This document shows positions 53,986 to 62,829 of a stretch of 64,000 bases of DNA, piece by piece. Position numbers and translations under genes: made by a program. Under the pieces are notes generated by a model, which was given only the letters and a program-made list of their open reading frames with translations, was not told where the DNA came from and did no database searches. The stretch covers positions 20,386 to 84,385 of the forward strand of contig JBAYHI010000005.1 of assembly GCA_041666205.1 (NCBI GenBank), written 5' to 3'. This DNA is from Patescibacteria group bacterium. Its GTDB lineage: Bacteria; Patescibacteriota; Patescibacteriia; UBA9934. Every line of letters starts with the position of its first letter. The stretch's first letter is position 1.

Positions 53986-54843
53986 TCAAAACTCAAAACT
54001 CGCTACCTCGATTTTCTTCCCGTCTGACAAAAGCCGAATATCTCCCAACTGATCGGTACGCAAAATCTCTGCGCCAACCGACTGCAGACGGTCCACAATC
54101 GTCGGGCTTGGATGCCCGTAGTCATTCTCCCCAACCGAAATAACTGCGTACTCGGGTTTCACCATTTCCAAAAACGTGCTCGACGATGAACTAAGACTCC
54201 CATGATGCCCGACTTTGAGCACATCAACGTCAACGAGACCTGATGTCATTTGCGCTTCTTCTTCAATCCCCGCGTCGCCTGTAAAAAGAACCTCGACATC
54301 TCCGTCTTTCAGCAACAGCACAAGCGAACTGTCATTTTCGTCGTCCACATTTTCTACAAAATCCAACAATGGCCACAAAATACAAAGCGATCGATTCTCA
54401 CCCAACTCCAAACAATCTGGTGCGGACGCAATTTCATCATTCGTTTTCCCCATAAACTCTTTTCCAAGTTCCGTGCTGTACGTCGCATTCGGTCGCCAAA
54501 CTTCCCCAAACGAATACCGATCTGCCACCGCATTTAGTCCAACCAAATGATCGGCATGATCGTGTGAGGAAATCATATACTCAATATTGCGATCCCAAAA
54601 CGGCATCACAGCGGAAAGTTTCTCAATCACCTGCTGACTGGGCCCGCCGTCGATCAGAATTTGTGTAGATCCACTTTGAATGAGCGCAGAGTCTCCCTGC
54701 CCCACATCGAAAAACCACACGGCTAATTTTTCATCGCTAAAAATCGTCGGCGACGCAATCGATTGCACCGCCACGGTCACCAAACAAAACGCAACAAGAC
54801 CTACAAATGAGAAAAAAGCTTTTTTCGTTTTACGATAAGCCAT
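53986..54843 (-). CDS. ComEC/Rec2-type metallo-beta-lactamase domain protein (C-terminal module of ComEC encoded separately)
   Basis: MBL motifs ISSHDHADH, GDAG, HHGS; start set at MAYRKTKKAFF (TM anchor); overlaps upstream ComEC membrane ORF by 43 nt in another frame. Confidence 0.65.
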   Translation of the reverse strand: MAYRKTKKAFFSFVGLVAFCLVTVAVQSIASPTIFSDEKLAVWFFDVGQGDSALIQSGSTQILIDGGPSQQVIEKLSAVMPFWDRNIEYMISSHDHADHLVGLNAVADRYSFGEVWRPNATYSTELGKEFMGKTNDEIASAPDCLELGENRSLCILWPLLDFVENVDDENDSSLVLLLKDGDVEVLFTGDAGIEEEAQMTSGLVDVDVLKVGHHGSLSSSSSTFLEMVKPEYAVISVGENDYGHPSPTIVDRLQSVGAEILRTDQLGDIRLLSDGKKIEVASFEF

Positions 54844-56276
54844 ACCGCACATGCTACCGCACTGGTGAGAAGATATGCCAGCCAATCCGGAATAGAAAAC
54901 GATCCAAATGGAACTTCTGAAATCGATCGAATCACAAAAAGGACAGATGAGAGGAGCGCGGTTGCCGGTCCGCTTACAAAAATCGCCAAAGGAAGTGACG
55001 CGATCGACACAACCAAGACAAGTGCACCAAGGCCCATGATATATGGGAGCCAGGGCAAAATGAGGAGGTTCACAATAGGGGCGACAATTGAAAGTGTACC
55101 GAATCGAAAAAGCAAAACTGGAAGACACGCAACCGTTGCTGCAAGCGTTGCCGCAAGCGAAGTTTGCAAACTCAACGTCTTTGGAACAAACGACAATTTC
55201 GATTGAATGTACGGGACAAAATAAATAAGTCCGAGCGTTGCGGCCATAGAAAGTTCAAACCCGATGTCGTCGCGCAAAGCTCGAGGATGCATCAAAAGCA
55301 AAATTGTTGGCGTGAGCAAAAGCACATTTTTCATGGTCGACCGTCGACCTATCTGTTGAGATAACAAAACGAGGAAGCCCATCACGCTCGCGCGCACAAT
55401 CGCAGCTTCGGCTCCACACAAAATTGCGTACACCACGATCGCAACGGAAACGAGGAAGAACGCCTGCTGACGCTTCAAGCCAGCCCACACCAAGAATCCA
55501 AGCACGATGAATGTGACGAGTGCGACGTTGTAGCCAGACGCTGCAACAATATGTGACGTTCCAGTTTGCTGGAATCGCAAATTCCATGCATCGGAAAAAT
55601 TTGTTTCGCCAATGAGAAGTCCTGCCATGAGCGACCCTTGTGGCTCGCCAAAAATTTGCTGAATACGGCTGAGCAATTGCGATTTCATTTTGTACAAAAT
55701 CTCAAGCACGGGATTGCCAGCGCCTCGTTCCAAAACAAGCGGAGAAGAATAAACAAAACACGTTGCGAAAATATTTTTATTGGCAAGATAGCGATCGTAG
55801 GCAAACTCCTCAATCGGCTCGGGCGCAGTTGGCGTGCAACGAAAAGAAATACGGTCGCCGTATGCAAACTCCGGATAGAGTGGGGCGAATGCGAGGAGTT
55901 TGTCTTGTGTTTCTTCCCCGTCGATTTGGAGATGCGAGAGCGTGAGATGCCCTGATTTTTCCGATGCGCCTACATCGATCACAACACCTTCGACGTGAGA
56001 TTCCCTACCGATCGCGGACGTTACGGAGTTCTCCCCCGGAAACGTTCCCGCGTAAATTAGCACGCCACACAAACACCCGAGAACAATAAAACCCCAAACC
56101 CGCCACACAAGACGCCAATGCAATTGCATCGCAATCGCTGAGGCGACGATGAACACAATGCTAAGTTCAAGCATCCAGAGTTGCGGGAGAAAAAACAAAA
56201 AAGAGGCTATGGCAATACCTGCCAAAAAACCTCCGCAGACACTCTGCAATATTACGGATGGCGATGGCGCGGACAT
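54801..56276 (-). CDS. comEC: ComEC/Rec2 competence membrane channel domain protein (DUF4131 + Competence domains), lacking its own MBL domain
   Basis: Polytopic membrane protein; OB-like region (HVEGVVIDVG...) followed by Competence-domain TM core (...TGTSHIVAASGYNVALV...). Start may be 56174-56276; overlaps ugd 3' end. Confidence 0.65.
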   Translation of the reverse strand: MSAPSPSVILQSVCGGFLAGIAIASFLFFLPQLWMLELSIVFIVASAIAMQLHWRLVWRVWGFIVLGCLCGVLIYAGTFPGENSVTSAIGRESHVEGVVIDVGASEKSGHLTLSHLQIDGEETQDKLLAFAPLYPEFAYGDRISFRCTPTAPEPIEEFAYDRYLANKNIFATCFVYSSPLVLERGAGNPVLEILYKMKSQLLSRIQQIFGEPQGSLMAGLLIGETNFSDAWNLRFQQTGTSHIVAASGYNVALVTFIVLGFLVWAGLKRQQAFFLVSVAIVVYAILCGAEAAIVRASVMGFLVLLSQQIGRRSTMKNVLLLTPTILLLMHPRALRDDIGFELSMAATLGLIYFVPYIQSKLSFVPKTLSLQTSLAATLAATVACLPVLLFRFGTLSIVAPIVNLLILPWLPYIMGLGALVLVVSIASLPLAIFVSGPATALLSSVLFVIRSISEVPFGSFSIPDWLAYLLTSAVACAVWLIVKRKKLFSHL

Positions 56277-57553
56277 AGCCCCATGCCGTGCACCTCAAAT
56301 CCCATGGACTCGAGTTTTTCACGTGGTAGGAAATTTTTCCCGTCAAAAATAATCGGTGAGGCAAGTTGCGCTTTCGCGTCGTCCCAATGTGCGTCGGCAA
56401 ATGCGTCCCATTCGGTGAGGACCAAAAGCGCATCAGCAGCCGGAAGCGTTTCACTCGCCGACGAAACAAATCGCACTGAATCGCCGAGTTCGAGTTTTGC
56501 ATTCTCCATCGCTGCGGGATCATAGACGACTATGTCCGCGCCACCCGCGACGAGTTCGCCAATAATGCGAAGCGCCGGCGATTGGCGGACGTCGTCGGTA
56601 TTTTTATTGAAGGCCAACCCCCACACGGCAAGTTTTTTTCCGCGCACATCTCCAAGGCACGCCACGATCTTTTTTACAAATCGTTTAGGTTGATCGTTGT
56701 TCACCGCAATAATTGGCGCAATGAGGCGCTCCACGTATCCAAATTCTTTTGCCGTGTGCGAAAGCGCCTGCACATCTTTTGGAAAACACGATCCGCCAAA
56801 CCCAGCACCTGCGCGCAAAAACTTGGCACCTATACGCCCGTCGCTCGCGAGCACGGCTTCGATGTCTTGCACATCCGCGCCGAAAAGGTCGCATAAATTT
56901 GCGATTTCATTCATGAAAGAGAGGCGAAGTGCCAGCATGGAATTGGCCGCATATTTGCTCATCTCTGCACTCTCGGGCGACATCACAAAGATTTGAGAGT
57001 GAAGCGGTTCGTAGAGAGCGCGAAGTTTTTGCGCATCCTCAGATCGTTCAACGCCGATCACAATTCGCTCTGGCTTCATGAAATCGCCGACCGCCAGACC
57101 TTCACGCAAAAATTCCGGATTTGACGCAACCGCAACATCATCGCGTCCGATCCAAGATTTGATTTTTTTCTGCGTCCCCGGTGGCACCGTGCTCTTGGTA
57201 ACAACAAGCGTTGCACCCTGAAGTGCTGCACCGACCGATCGCGACGCGGATTCGATATAGGAAAGATTCGCTTTCCCCTCTTCATCGGACGGCGTTCCCA
57301 CTGCGAGGAAAATAATATCCGGAGTTTCCTTCAAAACTTCCTCGAGTGAGACTGAAAAGCTTAAACACTTTTTCTCTTGTGCGTCACGAACGAGCTCTGT
57401 AAGTCCTGGTTCGTAAAAAGGAATTTCTCCATGCTCTAGTTTCTGAATTTTTTCCGCGTTAATGTCAACGCATGTCACCTGGTGGCCCATGGACGCCAAA
57501 CATGCCCCCTGCACTAATCCCACGTAACCAGTTCCTAGAACGACAATTTTCAT
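56252..57553 (-). CDS. ugd: UDP-glucose/GDP-mannose dehydrogenase family protein (UDP-glucose 6-dehydrogenase-like)
   Basis: MKIVVLGTGYVGLVQGACLASMGHQVTCVD (NAD Rossmann), catalytic GGSCFPKD, C-terminal UDP-binding domain. Confidence 0.85.
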   Translation of the reverse strand: MKIVVLGTGYVGLVQGACLASMGHQVTCVDINAEKIQKLEHGEIPFYEPGLTELVRDAQEKKCLSFSVSLEEVLKETPDIIFLAVGTPSDEEGKANLSYIESASRSVGAALQGATLVVTKSTVPPGTQKKIKSWIGRDDVAVASNPEFLREGLAVGDFMKPERIVIGVERSEDAQKLRALYEPLHSQIFVMSPESAEMSKYAANSMLALRLSFMNEIANLCDLFGADVQDIEAVLASDGRIGAKFLRAGAGFGGSCFPKDVQALSHTAKEFGYVERLIAPIIAVNNDQPKRFVKKIVACLGDVRGKKLAVWGLAFNKNTDDVRQSPALRIIGELVAGGADIVVYDPAAMENAKLELGDSVRFVSSASETLPAADALLVLTEWDAFADAHWDDAKAQLASPIIFDGKNFLPREKLESMGFEVHGMGLCPRHRHP

Positions 57554-57555
57554 AA

Positions 57556-60084
57556 TCAGACAACGAAATTCACAAGACGATTCTTAACATAAATCGTCTT
57601 CTTTACGCCAGTTTCAATATATTTTACAACAACTTCTTTTGCCTTCTCAACAATCACAGATTCTTCTGCGTCTGATGCAACCGAAACAGTTCCGCGCAAC
57701 TTGCCATTGACTTGAATTGCGATCTGAAGCTCTTCATCTTTTGCTAATTCCGCATCCCAAGATGGCCATGACTTCTTCTCAAGAATTTCTTCACCACCAA
57801 TACGTTCATACAATTCATTAGCAAGATGAGGAGCAAAAGGGCACATAACAAGAAGGAATTTTTCTAATTGACTAAATGAAATTAAACGAATTGAACCGTC
57901 CGGAGCGTCAGGAGTGATACAAATTTCCATCAGTTCATTCACGCATTTCATAAGCGCAGCTACTCCGGTATTAAAATGCATGGACTCAATGTCTTCCGTA
58001 ACCTTTTTAACAGTCTTTTCAATTATTGGTAATTCCATCTCTGGAGTTTCCTTAGCTTTTAACTCAATCCATGCGTCGACATATCGAACAACCTTTTCCA
58101 AGAATCGTCGCACACCAATCACGCCATTTTCGCTCCATGGCACAGGCTCGGCAAATGGGCCCATGAACATTTCGTACACTCGCACGGTGTCAGCCCCAAA
58201 CTCAACAACGAGCTTATCGGGGTTCACAACATTGCCTTTTGACTTGGACATTTTTGACCCGTCTTCTGCAAGCACCAAGCCATGGCTTGTGCGCTTTTGA
58301 TAGGGTTCCGATGTGGGCACAAATCCACGGTCGTGCAAAAACTTATTCCAAAATCGCGAATACAAAAGGTGGAGCGTGGTATGTTCCATTCCGCCATTGT
58401 ACAGATCGACCGGCATCCAATAATCGAGTTTTGTTTTATCAGCAAACGCCTCGTCATTTTTTGGATCGATGTAGCGCAAAAAGTACCAGCTCGATCCTGC
58501 CCAGTTTGGCATGGTATCTGTCTCGCGTTTTGCATCGCCTCCGCATTGTGGACACGTGGTATTCACCCAATCGGTGATTGTTGCCAGTGGCGACTCCCCA
58601 TTTTCTGTTGGCTCGTAATGCTCAACATCGGGAAGCACAACCGGCAAGTCTGTTTCAGGAATCGCAACCCAACCGCACTTAGCACAATGCACGAGTGGAA
58701 TTGGCTCGCCCCAATAGCGCTGACGCGAAAATACCCAATCGCGCAATTTGAAATGCGTTACGGCTTTGCCAATTTTTTTCTCTTCGAGCCAAACGATCAT
58801 TTTCTTTTTTGCTTCTTCGGTTGTGAGCCCATCGAATTCGCCAGAATTCATCATCTGACCCGATTCTTTTGTATAGGCAAAATAAATTTGTTCACCTTTT
58901 CGAATTTTTTCAAAATCCATCTGCATTGCCTGTTTATCGCTTATGCCATCAAGGTGAGCAAATTCTGGAAGATAATAATCTTCGTCATAATTCTCCCCAC
59001 AATCGATAACAAATCTAATCGGGAGTCCCTTTTTCTGTGCGAACTGACAATCTCGAGTATCGTGCGCTGGCACAGCCATAATCGCGCCGGTGCCATAGCC
59101 CATCATCACGTAATCTGCGATGTAGATTGGCATCTTTTCGCCACTGCCAGGATTCACTGCATATGAGCCGGTGAAGACTCCGGTTTTTTCTTTTGTAACG
59201 TCGCCTCGTTCAATATCAGTTTTTGCAGCAGCTTTTTCAATGTAGTGCACAACTTCGTGATGACGATCACGCGCTGAGAGTTTTGGCACAAGCGGATGTT
59301 CAGGAGCGAGCACCATAAACGTGGCGCCAAAAAGCGTATCAGGTCGCGTTGTGAACACGTTAATTTTGTCGTCGATTCCGTCGACCGCAAATTCAATTTC
59401 AGCCCCTTCGCTTTTTCCAATCCAATCTTCTTGTTGCTTTTTGATTTTCTCGAGGTAATTCAAATCCTTGAGATCTTCGAGCAAGCGATCTGCATATTTT
59501 GTGATCGCAATCATCCACTGTTCTTTTTCGCGCTTCTCAACTGGATTTCCGCAACGCTCACACATGCCACCAACAACTTCTTCGTTTGCCAAACCGATTT
59601 TGCAACTTGGACACCAATTGATTGGCATCTTTTTCTTATACGCCAAACCCGCTTTCCAGAATTCCAAAAACATCCATTGCGTCCATTTGTAATATGCTGG
59701 ATCCGTTGTATTGATTTCGCGTGACCAATCAAAACTCAAGCCAAGCGCTTGGAGCTGACGCTTAAACGTGCCGACATTTTCTCGCGTCACATCTTGCGGT
59801 TTCCGACCGGTTTTGATGGCATAATTTTCCGTGGGAAGTCCAAAGGCATCCCAACCAATTGGGTACAGCACGTTTTTGCCTTCCATGCGCTTTTTTCGCG
59901 CCACAATATCGAGTGCTGTATAACTGCGCGGATGGCCAACGTGGAGTCCAGCACCCGATGGATACGGGAATTCCACAAGGCAATAAAATTTTTCTTTTTG
60001 CGAAAAATCTTCAGCGCGGAACGTTTGCTCGCGTTCCCAACGCGCTTGCCATTTATGATCAATGGATTTGTGATCGTATTGCAT
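57556..60084 (-). CDS. leuS: leucine--tRNA ligase
   Basis: HIGH (PYPSGAGLHVGHP), KMSKS, CP1 editing domain; 843 aa from MQYDHKSIDHKWQ. Confidence 0.95.
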   Translation of the reverse strand: MQYDHKSIDHKWQARWEREQTFRAEDFSQKEKFYCLVEFPYPSGAGLHVGHPRSYTALDIVARKKRMEGKNVLYPIGWDAFGLPTENYAIKTGRKPQDVTRENVGTFKRQLQALGLSFDWSREINTTDPAYYKWTQWMFLEFWKAGLAYKKKMPINWCPSCKIGLANEEVVGGMCERCGNPVEKREKEQWMIAITKYADRLLEDLKDLNYLEKIKKQQEDWIGKSEGAEIEFAVDGIDDKINVFTTRPDTLFGATFMVLAPEHPLVPKLSARDRHHEVVHYIEKAAAKTDIERGDVTKEKTGVFTGSYAVNPGSGEKMPIYIADYVMMGYGTGAIMAVPAHDTRDCQFAQKKGLPIRFVIDCGENYDEDYYLPEFAHLDGISDKQAMQMDFEKIRKGEQIYFAYTKESGQMMNSGEFDGLTTEEAKKKMIVWLEEKKIGKAVTHFKLRDWVFSRQRYWGEPIPLVHCAKCGWVAIPETDLPVVLPDVEHYEPTENGESPLATITDWVNTTCPQCGGDAKRETDTMPNWAGSSWYFLRYIDPKNDEAFADKTKLDYWMPVDLYNGGMEHTTLHLLYSRFWNKFLHDRGFVPTSEPYQKRTSHGLVLAEDGSKMSKSKGNVVNPDKLVVEFGADTVRVYEMFMGPFAEPVPWSENGVIGVRRFLEKVVRYVDAWIELKAKETPEMELPIIEKTVKKVTEDIESMHFNTGVAALMKCVNELMEICITPDAPDGSIRLISFSQLEKFLLVMCPFAPHLANELYERIGGEEILEKKSWPSWDAELAKDEELQIAIQVNGKLRGTVSVASDAEESVIVEKAKEVVVKYIETGVKKTIYVKNRLVNFVV

Positions 60085-60160
60085 AACGCACGTATCGTAG
60101 CGAAAAAATCGATTATTCGCAATTTCTCCTGAATGCAAGAACTCCCCGAACCGACCGCAG

Positions 60161-61012
60161 TCAGTTCAGGGAGTTGAGATGAGACGCCAAGTGCTTACGC
60201 CAGCCCACGAGGTCGATGGCGACCACCGACACGTCATCGTAGGGACGCTCTCGGAGGATACGGGTCCAGAACTCGCTCGCGCGTTCCTGGAATGACTTGT
60301 GTTGACCTGCGAGGAGTCGCAGTTCCGCGCCGAGTGACGGCCCGAGTGCGTACCTCACGCCATCGGACATGAGGATCAGCACCGTCGCTTCCTCTGGCCA
60401 GGCGGTCTGCCACACGGTCTCGGGATCAGCTTGCAAAGCATCCCCGTAGACGAAGTCCCCGAATGCCCGACTGAGTTGAATCGGGGGCAGCCTCATCGTC
60501 CAGGGCGGATGGAAGTAGTGCGTCTTCGGGCGATCAGGATCTGCGCGAACTTGCCAGCCCGACGACTGGAGCCTCGCACGCTCACCTGCATTGTTGGTTC
60601 CGTGCGCCGGCGTCATGGGCTGTGGTTCGCTCATGTCTGGACGCAGCAGATACGCTTCCGTATCCCCAACCGTCGCAACGCAGACAAACTCTCCCGTGAG
60701 AATCGTCCACGCCGCCGTTGTGCCCCCATAGCAGCGCGAGATCTTCAGGAACCCGCAAAGTTCCTGATCGATCCGCTGTGCAATCGCTCGCATTTTCTCA
60801 GGATCGGGGTCCTCCAGGACTTCCGGGAGAAGTCCGTGGCACAATCGCGCCGCGGTTTCGTTCGCGACAAACTCTCCCTTGTCACCGTGCCCGTCGAGGA
60901 CTTCACCGAAGATGTATTCCTCGGTTGCCTCAACGCGAGTGACGTCTTCCGAGACACAACATCCCGGACGTCCACCCTTACGCTCACCTTGAAAAAACAA
61001 TTCGCCGTTCAT
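60161..61012 (-). CDS. PP2C-family Ser/Thr protein phosphatase, GC-rich (~60%)
   Basis: PP2C motifs VLDGHGDKGEFVA, GGTTAA, GDTEAY, SRAFGD, ILMSDGV; strong RBS GAGGAGG; composition clearly above flanks. Confidence 0.75.
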   Translation of the reverse strand: MNGELFFQGERKGGRPGCCVSEDVTRVEATEEYIFGEVLDGHGDKGEFVANETAARLCHGLLPEVLEDPDPEKMRAIAQRIDQELCGFLKISRCYGGTTAAWTILTGEFVCVATVGDTEAYLLRPDMSEPQPMTPAHGTNNAGERARLQSSGWQVRADPDRPKTHYFHPPWTMRLPPIQLSRAFGDFVYGDALQADPETVWQTAWPEEATVLILMSDGVRYALGPSLGAELRLLAGQHKSFQERASEFWTRILRERPYDDVSVVAIDLVGWRKHLASHLNSLN

Positions 61013-61078
61013 GATTCCTCCTCGATTTCGTGAACCGCGCAGGATAACAAAAAATCACCTCTTCGTCAATGCGCTGTC

Positions 61079-61156
61079 CGTCATCCTGACCCCGCTGAGC
61101 GGGGGAAAGATCCCAAGAACCCATCGAGAGATTCTTCGCTAACGCTCAGAATGACG
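61079..61156. promoter_or_regulatory. 78-bp element with 11-bp terminal inverted repeats (cgtcatcctga ... tcagaatgacg) enclosing hairpin ccccgctgagcgggg, upstream of the PP2C gene
   Basis: Seen directly in sequence; one mismatch between arms. Confidence 0.3.
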
Positions 61157-61190
61157 AAAGGAGAGAAGGAGGATGCAACGTCCACAACGA

Positions 61191-61230
61191 AAAAAGACGA
61201 AGCAATCCACACGAGTAGATTGCTTCGTCG
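61191..61230 (-). terminator. intrinsic terminator after rhodanese-like gene (12-bp perfect stem gacgaagcaatc/gattgcttcgtc + T6 on minus strand)
   Basis: Seen directly. Confidence 0.55.
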
Positions 61231-61263
61231 GCAAATTACCTCCTCGCAATGACAGAACAAAAA

Positions 61264-61599
61264 TTATGATTCAACGCCACTTTCCGTGGGATACCCGGCA
61301 TTTCGCCAGGCCATGAGGCCCCCAACGATGTGGCCAACCTTGGTGTACCCCGCTGCTTCGAGGATTTCCCCAGCCTTGCTTCCCTTCCCCAATTCGTCGA
61401 ATTCTCCAGTGACCACCGTTGGTAAATCCTTATCTTTGAGAAGCGCCGGATACTCTGCTTGAAATCCATCCATCGGAATATTGATGGCGCCTGGAATGTG
61501 ATTGTGCTGATACAAACGCGCTTCTTGTAAATCCACAATCACCATGGGAGATTCTTTCTCCATTTCGCTTTTGAGTTTTTCCGGGGTGATGTCCATCAT
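61264..61599 (-). CDS. rhodanese-like domain protein lacking the catalytic cysteine
   Basis: Rhodanese fold pattern (...VIVDLQEARLYQHNHIPGAINIP...VVTGEFDELGKGSKAGEILEAAGY...); no Cys anywhere in the 111-aa protein, so the CxxGxR loop is replaced by TGEFDE. Confidence 0.65.
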   Translation of the reverse strand: MMDITPEKLKSEMEKESPMVIVDLQEARLYQHNHIPGAINIPMDGFQAEYPALLKDKDLPTVVTGEFDELGKGSKAGEILEAAGYTKVGHIVGGLMAWRNAGYPTESGVES

Positions 61600-61615
61600 A
61601 TGGACTCATGATAAC

Positions 61616-62821
61616 TTATTTTTTTGCTGCGTCCAATCGCTCCAGTGCAAGAATGAATGCTGCACGGCGAAGATCCACGCTATACTTCTCTTTGCGTGCC
61701 CAAACTTCGTTTGCGCTCTCGATCATAATTTTCTCAAGCTTCTCCCCAACTTCCGCTTCCGTCCACGTTGCACTGGTCATGTTTTGCTCCCACTCAAAGT
61801 AACTCACGGTAACGCCACCAGCGTTCACCAAAATGTCTGGCACAACCGGAATATTTTTCTGTACAAATACGTCGTCGGCCTCTGGCGTGGTTGGACCATT
61901 GGCAATTTCGAATACAACTTTTGCTTTGATGTTGCCTACATTCGCTGCCGTGAATTGATTTTCAAGCGCAGCTGGAACGAGCATATCGCACTCGAGTTCA
62001 AGAAGCGCTTCGTTGGTGATATTTGAGGCTCCTGGAAAATCCTGTACCCCGCCGGCCGTATCTTTGTGACTCTCAAGTGCGGCAATATCGAGGCCATCCG
62101 CATTAAAAATCCCGCCGCGAGAATCAGACACAGCAACAACCTTATATCCTTTCTTGTGCATGATCACGGCAAAAATTCTGCCAGCATTTCCAAATCCTTG
62201 CACAACAACTGTTTGTGGCCCGCCACCTGGGAACAAACGATCCTTGAGGGTTTCGAAAACCTGGAACGCGCCGTCAGCTGTTGCAGTTCCTCGCCCCAAA
62301 CTTCCCCCGTTTGCAATCGTTTTTCCCGTCACGACTGCTGGATGTCCAAACTCTGAAGCCACCCAGTCCATTTCTTGTGGCGTGGTATTTACGTCTGGCG
62401 CTGGCACGTCGATCTCTGGCCCGATCACGCCTTTCAAGGCTTTGGTCCAACCGCGTGTAAGACGCTCGAGTTCGCCCTCGGATAATTCTTTTGGATTCAC
62501 CGTGACGCCACCTTTTCCACCACCCATCGGAATTCCCACAACCGCTGTTTTCATGGTCATCCATGTTGCGAGCGCTTTCACTTCGTTGATATCAACGTTT
62601 TGGTGATAGCGAATTCCGCCCTTGAATGGTCCGCGCCAATTATTGTGCTGAATGCGATAGCCCTCAAACATGCGAAGCGTACCGTCGTCCATGGTGACCG
62701 GAATATTCACGCGAACTTCTCGCATGGTGTAGTGCAAACGTTCCAAGAACTCCCCCGTCATTTTTGCTGATTCTGCTGCCCGGTCGATTTGACGCAAGGC
62801 GTTTTCAAATGCATTTGCCAT
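61616..62821 (-). CDS. gdhA: glutamate dehydrogenase (Glu/Leu/Phe/Val dehydrogenase family)
   Basis: GPFKGGIRYHQNVDINEVKALATWMTMKTAVVGIPMGGGKGGV (catalytic Lys box), Rossmann GFGNAG. Confidence 0.9.
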   Translation of the reverse strand: MANAFENALRQIDRAAESAKMTGEFLERLHYTMREVRVNIPVTMDDGTLRMFEGYRIQHNNWRGPFKGGIRYHQNVDINEVKALATWMTMKTAVVGIPMGGGKGGVTVNPKELSEGELERLTRGWTKALKGVIGPEIDVPAPDVNTTPQEMDWVASEFGHPAVVTGKTIANGGSLGRGTATADGAFQVFETLKDRLFPGGGPQTVVVQGFGNAGRIFAVIMHKKGYKVVAVSDSRGGIFNADGLDIAALESHKDTAGGVQDFPGASNITNEALLELECDMLVPAALENQFTAANVGNIKAKVVFEIANGPTTPEADDVFVQKNIPVVPDILVNAGGVTVSYFEWEQNMTSATWTEAEVGEKLEKIMIESANEVWARKEKYSVDLRRAAFILALERLDAAKK

Positions 62822-62829
62822 AAGAATGA

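Noticed and set aside
53516-54052. ORFs (both strands) spanning the repeat region, including the shared peptide RMKNQTTQGRNVFPVG also encoded at 5740-5985
   Set aside because: The peptide identity just reflects the identical 87-bp repeat core. There is no RBS or conserved frame beyond the core, and the region is dominated by hairpins, so it is treated as a non-coding repeat.
61173-61316. 47-aa Lys/Arg-rich + strand ORF preceded by a strong AGGAGAGAAGGAGG Shine-Dalgarno
   Set aside because: It overlaps the rhodanese terminator hairpin and the 3' end of the rhodanese gene in antisense. The purine tract is more simply the complement-side context of the PP2C upstream region. It is kept only as a curiosity.
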